Source: Acidobacteriota bacterium (GTDB lineage: Bacteria > Acidobacteriota > Terriglobia > Bryobacterales > Bryobacteraceae). Taken from it: a stretch of 64,000 nt of DNA. The notes below the pieces were generated by a model. The model made no database searches and was not told the DNA's origin. It was given only the letters and a program-made list of their open reading frames with translations. The stretch spans positions 11,633-75,632 of the forward strand of contig JACQZS010000206.1 in assembly GCA_016213725.1 (NCBI GenBank), read 5' to 3'. Positions 9,856 through 19,932 of this stretch are shown in pieces (within the stretch, counting starts at the first letter, position 1; the number at the start of each line of letters is the position of its first letter). Position numbers and translations under genes: made by a program.

Positions 9856-10140
9856 ATGATCTATCGTAAACGCAGACACCGGCAGGGGGTTTCCGGGGGG
9901 TTCTTCCACTTCCAGGACAGCATGAACCGGACTGTCAGTGGACCTGGGGACGGCGACTTCATCCAACTGCGCGACGAATTCGGCAATGAGTGGCGAGGCG
10001 TCGCCGAACGGCAGTCCGACGACACCATCCGCTACCGGTTCCGTACCTCCCAAGGCGAGTTCATCTCCGGAGTGTCGGATGGCTACGGTGTGATCCTGCG
10101 CGACGAAAAGGGCAAGACCTGGCGCGGCTTCGTGGACTAG
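9856..10140 (+). CDS. Small hypothetical protein (94 aa)
   Basis: SD GGAAAGG; plausible codon usage; internal repeat LRDE.G..WRG occurs twice. Confidence 0.65.
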   Translation: MIYRKRRHRQGVSGGFFHFQDSMNRTVSGPGDGDFIQLRDEFGNEWRGVAERQSDDTIRYRFRTSQGEFISGVSDGYGVILRDEKGKTWRGFVD

Positions 10141-10228
10141 GCGGCCGCGCAAAAAAGTTGCCCGCGGCCCTGCTGCTTTCGCAACGCAACCGCGGGCGGA
10201 TTCCCACAATCAGAGAGTTCCGGCGAAG

Positions 10229-11545
10229 CTACGGCCTGGCCAGGTACTTCTTGTAGAGCTTGGTGTGCTTGGATTCGAGATCCACCTGCACGCCGGCCAC
10301 GAACATGTACTTCAACTGCGTCTGAATCTCCAGCGGATCGCCGTCGGTGACGATCAGGTCCGCCACCTTGCCCTTGTCCACTGAGCCGAACTGGTCTGCC
10401 ACGCCGAAGATCTCGGCGGTGTTCAGCGTGACGGACTTCAGCGCCTCCTCATACGGCAGCCCGAAGGGCACTGCCTGGGCCGCCTCGTAGGGCAGGTTGC
10501 GCGCGAACTGCGTGCCGAAGCTGGCGAAACAGAACTTGACGCCGGCCTTGGCCAACTCGCCCGGAAGCGAGAACGGCTCGTCGTAGGGATCGTCGTCCTC
10601 CAGCGGAGGAGTGAACGTGCTGCCCAGGACGACCGGGATCTTCTTCGAGGCCAGCTCGGTGGTCATCTTGCCGGGCCGGCGGACGTTGGCCAATACCAGC
10701 TTCACTTTCTCCTTTTCGGCCCATTGCACGGCTTCGCGGATCTCGCGTTCGCGCGAGGCGAATACGACCACCGCCACCTTGCCTTCGAGCACCGGAATCA
10801 TCGCTTCCATCTTCAGGTCCGGCTTCAGGCCAGGCTCGCCGGCGGCCTTCGCTTGCTGGTAGCGCCGCGCCGATTCGAAGAACTCGCGCAGCTTCAGCAC
10901 CAGGGCCTCCTGGTTCTTCTTCGCTTCGGCGTAAGGGGTACGACGGATGCCGAAGCGCGCTGCCATTTCGGGATCGCCGCCGCGTCCTCCGCCGGAGGCG
11001 ATCACCGGCCAGGTGATCTGCAGGCCTACGTTGCGCTTCACTTCCATCTCTTCCCACGTCCAGCCGTTGAGGTGGATCATCGACATCTGGCCGCTGATCA
11101 CGCTGCTGGAAGCGCCGCGTCCGCCGCCCAGGTTGCCGGGCGTGGCCACCACGGTGGTGATGCCGTTGGCGCGCGTCACCGGGATGGATTCGCTCTCCGG
11201 ATTTACGGCCACCAGCGCGCGCAGTTGCGGGTTGAACTCACCGATCTCGCCGGTGTCCACCGTCTCGCGGATCGAACTGATCTCGGAGAGGCCGATGGGC
11301 GAACCGGCGTCGATCATGCCGGGGTAGACGTGCAGGCCCTTGCCCTCGATCACCTTCAGCTTGCCCTTGGCCGCCAACTTGGGCCCGATGTCGGCGATCT
11401 TGCCGTCCATAACCAGCACCGAAGTGTTCTCGATCTTCGGCCCGGAAACCGGGTGCACCGTGGCGTTGCGGATCAGAAACGAGTTGCTCTCAGCCGCCAG
11501 CAGCGGCACCGTCATCGCTGCCAGCCAAATCAGACCCCTTTTCAT
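10229..11545 (-). CDS. Secreted amidohydrolase-family protein lacking the HxH motif
   Basis: Signal peptide; IRNATVH, YPGMIDA(GSP) and GSVDKGKVADLIV.DGDPL. Confidence 0.85.
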   Translation of the reverse strand: MKRGLIWLAAMTVPLLAAESNSFLIRNATVHPVSGPKIENTSVLVMDGKIADIGPKLAAKGKLKVIEGKGLHVYPGMIDAGSPIGLSEISSIRETVDTGEIGEFNPQLRALVAVNPESESIPVTRANGITTVVATPGNLGGGRGASSSVISGQMSMIHLNGWTWEEMEVKRNVGLQITWPVIASGGGRGGDPEMAARFGIRRTPYAEAKKNQEALVLKLREFFESARRYQQAKAAGEPGLKPDLKMEAMIPVLEGKVAVVVFASREREIREAVQWAEKEKVKLVLANVRRPGKMTTELASKKIPVVLGSTFTPPLEDDDPYDEPFSLPGELAKAGVKFCFASFGTQFARNLPYEAAQAVPFGLPYEEALKSVTLNTAEIFGVADQFGSVDKGKVADLIVTDGDPLEIQTQLKYMFVAGVQVDLESKHTKLYKKYLARP

Positions 11546-12906
11546 GACGGCCTCCTTGTTTGCGGCATGGTCTGCGGCATGTTGCGTTTCTCAGTCTCTT
11601 TCTCTTTCTGGATCAGGCCGTTCTTCTTGGCCTCGGTCTTCGGCCGGGCGGTGACGTCGGAGTCGCGGTCGAAGTACTGTTTACCCTCGATGAACACCTT
11701 CTCCACCTTCGAATACATCGACAGCGGGTTCTTGTCGTAGATCACGATATCGGCGTCCTTGCCGGTCTCAATGGAGCCAACCCACTTGTCGATCTGCATC
11801 TGCCTGGCGGGGTTGATGGTGATCATGGCGATCGCCTCTTCCTCAGTGAGTCCTCCGTACTTCATCACCTTGGCGGCCTCGGTGTTGAGCCGCCGGCCGA
11901 GTTCGGCGCCGCCGGCGTCGTCGGAGTTGAGGCTCACCAGCACGCCCTTCTTCTGCATGATGGCGGCGTTGTAGGGAATGGCGTCGGCCGCTTCGATCTT
12001 GTAATTCCACCAGTCGGAGAACGTTGAGGCGCTGTGGCCGCCCGCGGCGATCTCCTTGGCCACCTTGTAGCCCTCCAGCACGTGCTGGAAGACGACGCCT
12101 TTGATGCCGAAGTCGTCGAAGACGCGCAGCAGCATCAGGATCTCATCGGAGCGGTAGCAGTGGGCGTGCACAATGCGTTTGCCCTCGAGCACTTCCACCA
12201 GGGGCTCCAACTGCAGGTCGCGCTTCGGCGGCAGGGCCACTTCACCTTTGGCTTTCTTGGCTTCGTACTCCTTGATCTCCTTCTGATACTCGCGGGCCCG
12301 GGTGTAGGCGTCGCGAATCACGTCCTCCACGCCCATGCGCGTGCCGGGGTAGCGCAGGTTCTGCGTGCCCTGCATCTGGAAGCCGCCGCCCTGAGGATTG
12401 CCAGAGCGCTTCACGTTTTCGCCCAGCGCCATCTTGAGGCTCGGCTTGGCCTCCTTGAACACCAGGCCGTCGGCGTTGTTGCCCCAGCGCATCTTGAATA
12501 CGACGTTCTGGCCGCCGATGGAGTTGGCGCTGCCGTGCATGGTGTTGGCGGTGGTTACGCCACCGGCCAGGGCCTGGTAGATGCTCTTCGATTCGGGGTT
12601 CAGCATCTGGCCGATGTCCACCATCGAGCTCACCGAGATGCTGCCTTCATTGATCGAATCGAGCGCGATGTGGGTGTGCGCGTCGATGATGCCGGGCATC
12701 ACGTGCTTGCCGGTGGCGTCCACGATCTTCGCGCCGCCCGGCGTCATCACCTTCTCGCCCACCTCCGCGATCTTGCCGTCGCGGATCACGATGGAGCCGG
12801 TGAAGGTTCCCTTGGTCACCGTGTGAATGATGCCGTTCTGGATGACGGTCACGTTCTGCGCGCAGCAGAGCCCCGCCATTGTCAACAGTCCAATGAGTGC
12901 CTTCAT
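11542..12906 (-). CDS. Secreted metal-dependent amidohydrolase with intact metal ligands
   Basis: PGIIDAHTH, LKMALGEN, HAHCY, QHVLEG, NSDD and GSIETGKDAD. Confidence 0.9.
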   Translation of the reverse strand: MKALIGLLTMAGLCCAQNVTVIQNGIIHTVTKGTFTGSIVIRDGKIAEVGEKVMTPGGAKIVDATGKHVMPGIIDAHTHIALDSINEGSISVSSMVDIGQMLNPESKSIYQALAGGVTTANTMHGSANSIGGQNVVFKMRWGNNADGLVFKEAKPSLKMALGENVKRSGNPQGGGFQMQGTQNLRYPGTRMGVEDVIRDAYTRAREYQKEIKEYEAKKAKGEVALPPKRDLQLEPLVEVLEGKRIVHAHCYRSDEILMLLRVFDDFGIKGVVFQHVLEGYKVAKEIAAGGHSASTFSDWWNYKIEAADAIPYNAAIMQKKGVLVSLNSDDAGGAELGRRLNTEAAKVMKYGGLTEEEAIAMITINPARQMQIDKWVGSIETGKDADIVIYDKNPLSMYSKVEKVFIEGKQYFDRDSDVTARPKTEAKKNGLIQKEKETEKRNMPQTMPQTRRPS

Positions 12907-12909
12907 GGG

Positions 12910-14304
12910 TTAGTTCTCCTCCCCGGGCGCGGCTGTGGGCCGTCCGCCGAAACCGCCTCCGGGCCCCGCGGGGGTTTCCGGCGGCGGAATGTACTTCACG
13001 CCATCCACGAACACGAACTTCACCTTGGTCCGGTCGTCGAACAGGTCGCCGTCGGTCACTACGAGGTTGGCGATCTTGCCTTTGTCTATGGAGCCCAGCC
13101 GCGACGCCAGGCCGTAGATTTCGGCCGCGTTGAGCGTCAGCGCCTTCAGGGCGTCTTCCTTCTTCAGGCCCACGTCGATGGACTTCTTCAAGGCGCGGAT
13201 GACGTCGCGCGGGGTGTCGATGCCGTCGGAGGAGATGGCGAACTTCACGCCCGCGGCGGCCAGGGCGGCCGGCGATGTGGGCGCCTTATCGCGGATCTCC
13301 AGGGTGCGCAGGCTATCCACGCGTTCGGGATCGGCATCGCGCTCGCGGGTGGGCCACTTGACGTTGAGGATGACAGGAGTAGCGGTCTGCTTCAGGCGGT
13401 CAGCCATCTCATAGCCTTGGGTGACGCCGTAGAAGATGAAGGGCGATTTGAGTTCGCTGGCCAGCTTGAGCATGCGCTCCATAGCGATGGGGCTGGCCGC
13501 CGGCAGCATCACGCGCTTGGCTTCCAGCACGCCTTCGAGCGCGCGGTCGTACTCAGGGCGCGGAATGGCGGAGGGGTTCTGGGCGTAGAGCGCCTTGGCC
13601 GTTTTGTAGTATTCGGCGTCGATCCAGAGCTGGCGGAAGTAGGCCAGGATGCCCATCGGCGCCGACGGGTAACCGGAGTAACCCGACGGCGTCATGCTGA
13701 GGTAGAGGCCGGCGGAGGGGTCCACCACCATTTGGCCGGAGCTTTCGCCGCCCAGGTTCACTACGGCGCCTTGCCCGGCCACCAGGCCCTGCTTGGGGAA
13801 GGTGATGGCGGTAGTGAAGCCGGCTCCGCGCGCGGTTTCGATGCGGCGGTCAGTAGGTTTTACCAGATCGGCCGCTTTCACCCAGCTCGTGGTGCCGGGC
13901 CGGTCCTGCGGACCCCAGGAGCGGGGCGCAGAGGCCATTGCCGCTCCCGGCGCAGCTGACGGCGGAGCTGGGGCCGCGCCGCGCCCGGTGGCGCCCGCGG
14001 CTGAAGCGGCGCCGGCCGCTTCCGGAATGCCCCAAGTACTGAGGGCGTCGATCAATCCAGGGTAGACCGTGAGGCCTTTGCCGTCGACGATCCAGGCGCC
14101 CTTCGGCACCGCCACAGAGGCGCCGACATCTGTGATGATGCCGTTCCGGATCACCACGGTGCCCTTTTCGAGCACCGCACCGCTCACCGTCACTACCCGC
14201 GCATCCTGGATGGCGACGAGCCCCGGTGTTTCAGCCATTCCCAGGGTTTGCCAGGCCATCAGGCCGCAAACCCACACTAGAAGCCTTCGAATTGTTTGAC
14301 GCAT
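12910..14304 (-). CDS. Secreted amidohydrolase-family protein lacking the HxH motif
   Basis: Signal peptide; YPGLIDA(LST) and GSIDKGKIANLVV.DGDLF; start taken as ATG 14304. Confidence 0.85.
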   Translation of the reverse strand: MRQTIRRLLVWVCGLMAWQTLGMAETPGLVAIQDARVVTVSGAVLEKGTVVIRNGIITDVGASVAVPKGAWIVDGKGLTVYPGLIDALSTWGIPEAAGAASAAGATGRGAAPAPPSAAPGAAMASAPRSWGPQDRPGTTSWVKAADLVKPTDRRIETARGAGFTTAITFPKQGLVAGQGAVVNLGGESSGQMVVDPSAGLYLSMTPSGYSGYPSAPMGILAYFRQLWIDAEYYKTAKALYAQNPSAIPRPEYDRALEGVLEAKRVMLPAASPIAMERMLKLASELKSPFIFYGVTQGYEMADRLKQTATPVILNVKWPTRERDADPERVDSLRTLEIRDKAPTSPAALAAAGVKFAISSDGIDTPRDVIRALKKSIDVGLKKEDALKALTLNAAEIYGLASRLGSIDKGKIANLVVTDGDLFDDRTKVKFVFVDGVKYIPPPETPAGPGGGFGGRPTAAPGEEN

Positions 14305-14339
14305 GGTGAATCCAAGTATTTTAGACTGGTGTTTCAAAG

Positions 14340-15413
14340 ATGCCTACGAAAAAACCTATCCGTTATCGAGACGCCGGGGTCAGCATCGACGAAGCCGACC
14401 GCGCTGTTGGCTACATCAAGGTAGCAGCGAAAAAGACGTTCACCCCTGGTGTCCTTGCGGACATCGGTAGTTTTGGCGCGATGTACCGGCTCTCTGGTTA
14501 CAAGCGGCCGGTTCTCATTTCCTCCGCCGACGGCGTCGGCACGAAGATTAAGGTCGCCTTCATGACCGGGAAGCACGACACGGTGGGGCAGGATCTGGTG
14601 AACCACTGCGTCAACGACATCGCCGTGCAGGGCGCCACCCCACTATTCTTCCTGGATTACTTCGCCGTGGGCAAGCTGGAGGCCGAAGTGGCCGGCCAGA
14701 TTGCCGCGGGCCTGGGCAAAGCCTGCGAAGAGAACAAGTGCGCGCTGATCGGCGGCGAAACGGCCGAGATGCCCGGCCTCTACCAGCCCGGCGAATACGA
14801 CCTGGCCGGCTTCATCGTCGGCGCCGTCGAACAGTCCAAGCTCCTCACCGGCAAAACCGTGCAGCCGGGCGACCTGCTGCTGGGACTGCCTTCCACCGGT
14901 CTCCACACCAACGGCTACTCGCTGGCCCGCAAGCTGCTCTTCGAGATCGGCGGCTACACCCCCAAGACCTACCTCCCCGAACTCGACTGCACCGTGGCCG
15001 ACGAGCTGCTCAAAGTGCACCGCAGCTACCTGAAGCCCATACAGCGACTCATGAAGGAGGGCCTGCTGGCCGCCGCGGCGCACATCACCGGCGGCGGCAT
15101 CACGGACAACACGCCGCGCGTGCTGCCCAAAGGCCTGGCGGCGGAGGTGAAATTGGGCTCCTGGCCCATCCTGCCCGTCTTCGAACTCCTGCGCCGTCTG
15201 GGCAACGTGCCCGACGACGACTACCGCCGCACCTTCAACCTGGGCATCGGCATGATCCTGGTGATCCCGCAGAAGAAGGCCGCCAAGGCCCAGCGCCTGT
15301 TGGCGCGGCTCAAGGAACCGTATTACGAGATCGGGCGCATTATCGCCCAGCCGCGCGGCAAGGGCCGCGTGATCTACGTCGCCCCATCACGCGGCAAGGT
15401 CCGCGTGAGCTAA
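14340..15413 (+). CDS. purM: Phosphoribosylformylglycinamidine cyclo-ligase (AIR synthetase)
   Basis: YRDAGV, DGVGTK, GGETAEMPG, GLHTNGYSL and HITGGG motifs. Confidence 0.97.
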   Translation: MPTKKPIRYRDAGVSIDEADRAVGYIKVAAKKTFTPGVLADIGSFGAMYRLSGYKRPVLISSADGVGTKIKVAFMTGKHDTVGQDLVNHCVNDIAVQGATPLFFLDYFAVGKLEAEVAGQIAAGLGKACEENKCALIGGETAEMPGLYQPGEYDLAGFIVGAVEQSKLLTGKTVQPGDLLLGLPSTGLHTNGYSLARKLLFEIGGYTPKTYLPELDCTVADELLKVHRSYLKPIQRLMKEGLLAAAAHITGGGITDNTPRVLPKGLAAEVKLGSWPILPVFELLRRLGNVPDDDYRRTFNLGIGMILVIPQKKAAKAQRLLARLKEPYYEIGRIIAQPRGKGRVIYVAPSRGKVRVS

Positions 15414-15415
15414 GC

Positions 15416-16045
15416 ATGAAACGCATCGCCATTCTCGTCTCCGGGCGCGGTTCGAACTTCGAAGCCATCGCCCGCAACATTCGCGCCGGCAAGCTGGAGG
15501 CGGAGATCGCGGCGGTCATCGCCAACAATCCCGAGGCCAAGGCGCTGGACACGGCGCGCGATCTGGGCCTGAACGCCATCCTGCTGCCGTCCAAGGGCAT
15601 CGATACCGACACCTATGCCGCCCAGGTGGTGGCCGCGCTGGCGCCGCTGGAGATCGACCTCATCTGTCTGGCCGGTTTCATGCGCCGCGTGGGCCAGCCG
15701 CTGCTGGACGCCTATGCGCAGCGCATCCTCAACATCCATCCGTCGCTGCTGCCGTCCTTCCCCGGGTTGCACGTGCAGCAGCAGGCGCTGGACTACGGTG
15801 TGAAGTTCTCCGGCTGCACGGTGCACTTCGTCGATGCCGGGCTCGACACAGGCCCCATCGTCGCGCAGGCGGCCGTGCCCATTCTGGACGACGACACCGC
15901 GGACACCCTGGCCGCGCGCATTCTGGTGGAAGAGCACAAGATCTTCACGGAGGCCGTGAAGCTGGTGCTCAGCGGCAATTACCGCATCGAGGGCCGCCGC
16001 GTGGTGGCTACGCGCTATTTGAGAGCCGGCAGCAGCTCTTCGTAG
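15416..16045 (+). CDS. purN: Phosphoribosylglycinamide formyltransferase
   Basis: SGRGSN, LAGFMR, NIHPSLLPSFPG and GCTVHFV...DTGPI; start ATG 15416. Confidence 0.96.
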   Translation: MKRIAILVSGRGSNFEAIARNIRAGKLEAEIAAVIANNPEAKALDTARDLGLNAILLPSKGIDTDTYAAQVVAALAPLEIDLICLAGFMRRVGQPLLDAYAQRILNIHPSLLPSFPGLHVQQQALDYGVKFSGCTVHFVDAGLDTGPIVAQAAVPILDDDTADTLAARILVEEHKIFTEAVKLVLSGNYRIEGRRVVATRYLRAGSSSS

Positions 16046-16923
16046 CTCATCTGCCCGGGGTGATAGAGCCGCACGATGCCGGCGGCGTCGATCACCGCGA
16101 CGGTGGGCGTTGTGCTGGCGCCCCACTGGCGGAAGTTCTCCTCGCTCACGGGCACCAGCAGGCCGTCGATGGCGGAATAGAACTTCTTGCGGATTTCGTC
16201 GATATAGCGGATCTCCACGTCGCGCGTGGCTTCTTCGCCGCGCGCCACATAGCCGTAGGGCTGCGTGGGGCCGATCACCACAAGCTGCGGGAACTCCTGC
16301 TTCAGCCGTGCCACCGTCGGTGCCATCGCCTTGCAGTCTCCGCACCAGTGGGCCCAGAAGAAGAGCAGGACTTTCTTGCCTTTGAGGCTGGCCAGGCTGG
16401 GCGGCGCCTGGCCCAGGTACTCTTTCATCGCCAGCGCCGGCGCCGGTTTACCCACCAGCGAGATGAGGTGCAGGTTCTTCTGCAGCCGCGCGACGATCGA
16501 CGTGCCCTGCCAGCGCTTCACCTCTTCCTGCAGGAACGCCACGGCTTCCGAGCGCTGCCCGCGGGCTTCGAGCACCTGCGCCTGCACTTCAATGGACGCG
16601 CCCAACGCGGTGGGCAGAGCCTTGTCGTCGTCCAGCTTGCGGCCCTTGAGCATCGTCAAAGCCATGGCGCGCGTCTCGGCGGCGCTCTTGTCGGCCTCAT
16701 TCAGTTTCTTTGCCGCGAGGTAGCCGCGCCCCATCCAGCTGTGCGCTTCCAGCCAGCGCGGCGTCACGCCGCCTTCCTTCTTGGCCGTGTCCAGAGCCTG
16801 CTGGGCGGCGGCGAAGTCGCTCTTCCCCAACGCCAGCCGTACATCGCGGACCACCGAAGTCTGTTGTGCCGTTAACTGCATGGCGAGAAATCCAACCGTA
16901 CCGAGCCAAAGCGAGTGTTGCAT
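16015..16923 (-). CDS. Exported TlpA/ResA-like thiol-disulfide oxidoreductase with N-terminal helical (TPR-like) region
   Basis: LKGKKVLLFFWAHWCGDC; TPT cis-Pro loop; signal-like N-terminus. Confidence 0.85.
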   Translation of the reverse strand: MQHSLWLGTVGFLAMQLTAQQTSVVRDVRLALGKSDFAAAQQALDTAKKEGGVTPRWLEAHSWMGRGYLAAKKLNEADKSAAETRAMALTMLKGRKLDDDKALPTALGASIEVQAQVLEARGQRSEAVAFLQEEVKRWQGTSIVARLQKNLHLISLVGKPAPALAMKEYLGQAPPSLASLKGKKVLLFFWAHWCGDCKAMAPTVARLKQEFPQLVVIGPTQPYGYVARGEEATRDVEIRYIDEIRKKFYSAIDGLLVPVSEENFRQWGASTTPTVAVIDAAGIVRLYHPGQMSYEELLPALK

Positions 16924-17949
16924 CTAGACCCCCAGAAACTCACGCGTCCACTTCATGGAAACTTCCAGGTCTTCGCGCTCCTTCGCCGCCGCCTGCTCCT
17001 TTGGCACAGGCGGCCGCGGCGGCAGCGGCTGCGCCTTGGAGCCGACATTGAGGAAGCGGGCGAAATCCGCCGCCGGCACGTTGCGATAGCCGTCCCAGAA
17101 CTCAGGCTTGCGCCAGGGGAACGCCCGCGCGCCGGTGACAATTACTTCGAGCGACATCGACTTGCCGGGGCAGAGTTCGACAAAGCGCTTCATCAGCCGG
17201 CCGATGTCCACGTTGCCCTCGCCGCTGCGCGTCCAACACACCTGAGTGCCGTTCTCGTCGTTCCAAAGGTAAGAGTCGCGGATGTGCGAGGTGAGCACGT
17301 AGGGCGCCAGCGTCTCCAGGGTGAGGTGCGGATCCTCGAGCACCCAGCAAGGGTTGCCGGAGTCGAAACAGGCGCCCACCACGTCCTTGCCCGCGGCTTC
17401 GATGAGCTGCTTCAGCTCGCGCGCCTGCATGTCGCCGGCGTGGTTTTCGATGGCAATGCGCAGGCCCATGTCCTGCGCGCGGCCGCGGACGTTGCGCAGC
17501 GTCTTCACGGCGTCGTCGATGCGCGCTTCGATGCCGCCCGGCGTCTTGCGGTCCGCCATGGTGCCCAGGAAGGCGCGAACCAGTTTGGAGCCGGCGATCT
17601 GCGCCGCGCGCAGCACCCTGGTGAGCTGCTCCTCCGCTGTGCCGGCCTGTTTGTCGAAGGCGGTGGAGGTGGGGCAGATCGAACGCATGCCGATTTCAAG
17701 ATCTATGCCCAGGCTGCGGGCGTGCTCGCCTACCTTGCGCGCATGGTCGTCATCCAGCGAGCCGAGGAAGCGGATCTCGGAGAAGTGCACGGTCTTCGCG
17801 CCGAGCTTGGAGCAGTAGTCCAGGTGCTCAAACGCGCTCCAGCCCTGACTGCGGAGGCTGAACAGATCCACGCCCAACTTCGCGGGCACGGCGGCATGGG
17901 CGGCCAGCGGAGCGGCCAGAGTCGAGGTGAGGAAGTCCCTGCGCAGCAT
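16924..17949 (-). CDS. Tat-exported sugar phosphate isomerase/epimerase-family (xylose isomerase-like TIM barrel) protein
   Basis: MLRRDFL Tat motif; IAIENH, FDSGN, SHIRD and G.G.VD motifs. Confidence 0.85.
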   Translation of the reverse strand: MLRRDFLTSTLAAPLAAHAAVPAKLGVDLFSLRSQGWSAFEHLDYCSKLGAKTVHFSEIRFLGSLDDDHARKVGEHARSLGIDLEIGMRSICPTSTAFDKQAGTAEEQLTRVLRAAQIAGSKLVRAFLGTMADRKTPGGIEARIDDAVKTLRNVRGRAQDMGLRIAIENHAGDMQARELKQLIEAAGKDVVGACFDSGNPCWVLEDPHLTLETLAPYVLTSHIRDSYLWNDENGTQVCWTRSGEGNVDIGRLMKRFVELCPGKSMSLEVIVTGARAFPWRKPEFWDGYRNVPAADFARFLNVGSKAQPLPPRPPVPKEQAAAKEREDLEVSMKWTREFLGV

Positions 17950-17964
17950 GCTGTACATTATCGT

Positions 17965-18870
17965 CTACGCGCCGAGCTGGCGGTAGGTGTACAGCTCCAC
18001 TCCGTGTTGGGCGAGCAACTCCTTGGCCTCGTCGCTGGTCCAGAATACGAAGTCGGCCCAGCGGTACTCCCAGGAATTGGAGATGGCCTTGATCTCGGGG
18101 TCTTCCTTGGCCAGGTGGATGATGAGCTTGGTGACGCCGGGCTTCACCTGCGCGATGAAATTGCGGTAGCTCTCGCGGCGCTCGGCCACGGTGCGGCCGG
18201 GCACTCCGGTCACCAGGCGGTCCAGCATGCGGAAGCCGTCGGCCTCTTTGCGCTTCAGCATGTCGGGGGTGATGGGGTAGCCCTTGAGGTCCCCGGCATT
18301 GGCTTCGTTGGCCTTCGGCAGCATGACGGGCACGCCGAACTCCTTGCCCAGCTTGGCGTAGACCTCGAAGTAGTCGGGGCGGGCGAAGAGCGTGCCCATG
18401 TGCGAGTCGAGGTGGGTGAATTGGATGCCGTATTCCTTGGCCCGCAGGATCTGCGAGCGCAGCTCGGTCTCTACCTCGGCCGGAGTGGCGCTCATGGCCG
18501 TGCCGCGCACGTCGCGCCAGATGTAGCCTTCCTTGTCGATGAGGCCCTTCACCTTCTCGATGGAAGTGACCGGGCGCCAGCGGTAGTACTTCCACTCGCT
18601 GGTGAGCGTCAGGTGGATGCCGATGTCTTTCGTGGGATTGGCCTTCGCCCAGTCAGCGAACTCCTGCACCCAGGAGCACGGCATCATGACGCTGGCGGAA
18701 CTCACCATGCCCTTGGTCAGGGCTTCGATGGTGGCCATGTTGACGGAATGGCACATGCCCGCGTCGTCGGCGTGAACAATGAGCCGCTTTGCTGAGATCG
18801 ATTGGGCGGCGCCCGTCTGGGCGGCGGCCAGGCCGGCCGTGGCTGTGGATAGGAATTCTCTGCGCAGCAT
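17965..18870 (-). CDS. Tat-exported YdjC/ChbG-family carbohydrate deacetylase
   Basis: MLRREFL; LIVHADDAG, GIHLTL and THLDSHM motifs. Confidence 0.88.
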   Translation of the reverse strand: MLRREFLSTATAGLAAAQTGAAQSISAKRLIVHADDAGMCHSVNMATIEALTKGMVSSASVMMPCSWVQEFADWAKANPTKDIGIHLTLTSEWKYYRWRPVTSIEKVKGLIDKEGYIWRDVRGTAMSATPAEVETELRSQILRAKEYGIQFTHLDSHMGTLFARPDYFEVYAKLGKEFGVPVMLPKANEANAGDLKGYPITPDMLKRKEADGFRMLDRLVTGVPGRTVAERRESYRNFIAQVKPGVTKLIIHLAKEDPEIKAISNSWEYRWADFVFWTSDEAKELLAQHGVELYTYRQLGA

Positions 18871-18871
18871 T

Positions 18872-19849
18872 TTACTTACACACCTCCGGATTGAGTAGAT
18901 TCGCGGGGCGCGCACCTTCCAGCGCCGCCGCGGCGTTCTCCGCCGCCATCATCGACATGCGCCTCCGCGTGCCCACGCTGGCGCTGGCGATGTGCGGCGC
19001 CAGCACGGCGTTTGGCAGTGTCAGGAGCTTCTCGCAGACCTTGGGTTCGGCTTCGAAGACGTCGAGCCCGGCCGCCCAGATGGTCTTCTGCTCGAGGGCG
19101 TCCGCCAGCGCCGCTTCGTCCACCACCGGGCCGCGCGCAGTGTTGATCAGGACGGCCGTGGGCTTCATCTGCTTCAGTTCCGCCGCGCCGATCAGGTGGC
19201 GCGTTTCCGGCGTCAGCGGTACGTGCAAGCTGACGAAGTCCGCCGTCTTCAGCAGTTCTGCCATCTCCACGCGCTTCGCGCCCAGTTCCCGTTCCACCTC
19301 AGCCGGCGCCGCCTGGGCGTCGCAATAGATGATGTTCATCCCGAAGCCGCGCGCGCGCCGCGCGACCGCCGCGCCAATCCGCCCCAGGCCCACCAGGCCC
19401 AGTGTGGCGCCGTAGATGTCCTGGCCGGCCAGTAGGTCGATCAGCCAGGTCTTCCATTCGCCGGAATGGACGAAAGCGTGCGCCTCGGGGATGCGCCTCG
19501 CCGTGGCCATCAGCAGGGTGAATGCGAAGTCCGCTGTAGTTTCCGTCAGCACGCCGGGCGTATTGGTGACCGCGATGCCCGCCGCCGTGGCCGCCGGCAC
19601 GTCGATGTTGTCGTAGCCCACCGCTACGTTGGCGATCACCTGCACGCCCTCCAGCCGGGCGATGACGTCGGCGCTCAGCCTGTCGGTGAGTTGGCTGACC
19701 ACCGCCTGGCAGCCGCGTGAGCGGGCGATCAGCTCTTCCGTGGTCAAACCGGCATTCGTACCTTCGTAGTCCACCTCGAACTTCCCGCGCAAAAACTCCA
19801 CCGCCTCCGGATATACCCGCTTCGTGACAAGGACCTTTTTCTTCGACAT
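18872..19849 (-). CDS. D-glycerate dehydrogenase / glyoxylate-hydroxypyruvate reductase (D-2-hydroxyacid dehydrogenase family)
   Basis: [33 protein letters not shown] and PHIAS motifs. Confidence 0.9.
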   Translation of the reverse strand: MSKKKVLVTKRVYPEAVEFLRGKFEVDYEGTNAGLTTEELIARSRGCQAVVSQLTDRLSADVIARLEGVQVIANVAVGYDNIDVPAATAAGIAVTNTPGVLTETTADFAFTLLMATARRIPEAHAFVHSGEWKTWLIDLLAGQDIYGATLGLVGLGRIGAAVARRARGFGMNIIYCDAQAAPAEVERELGAKRVEMAELLKTADFVSLHVPLTPETRHLIGAAELKQMKPTAVLINTARGPVVDEAALADALEQKTIWAAGLDVFEAEPKVCEKLLTLPNAVLAPHIASASVGTRRRMSMMAAENAAAALEGARPANLLNPEVCK

Positions 19850-19932
19850 AGAGGAACCGCCGCGATTGTCGCACAACCGCCCGGAGCCTTACAATCGAGG
19901 TTTCCCACCGCAATTCTCATCAGGAGTTGAAC

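Noticed and set aside
9799-10209. N-terminal extensions in ORF-track calls (dtd 9352..10209, purN 14738.., kinase ..42213, AKR ..51487, isomerase ..54661, HEAT 51713..)
   Set aside because: The extensions overlap other real genes, and homology motifs begin at the downstream starts I annotated.
12034-13959. Long antisense or alternative-frame ORFs (also 16915..18795, 30352..32256, 41948..44236, 33217..34653, 57220..58692)
   Set aside because: Shadows of real genes on the opposite strand, expected in high-GC DNA; no recognisable motifs.
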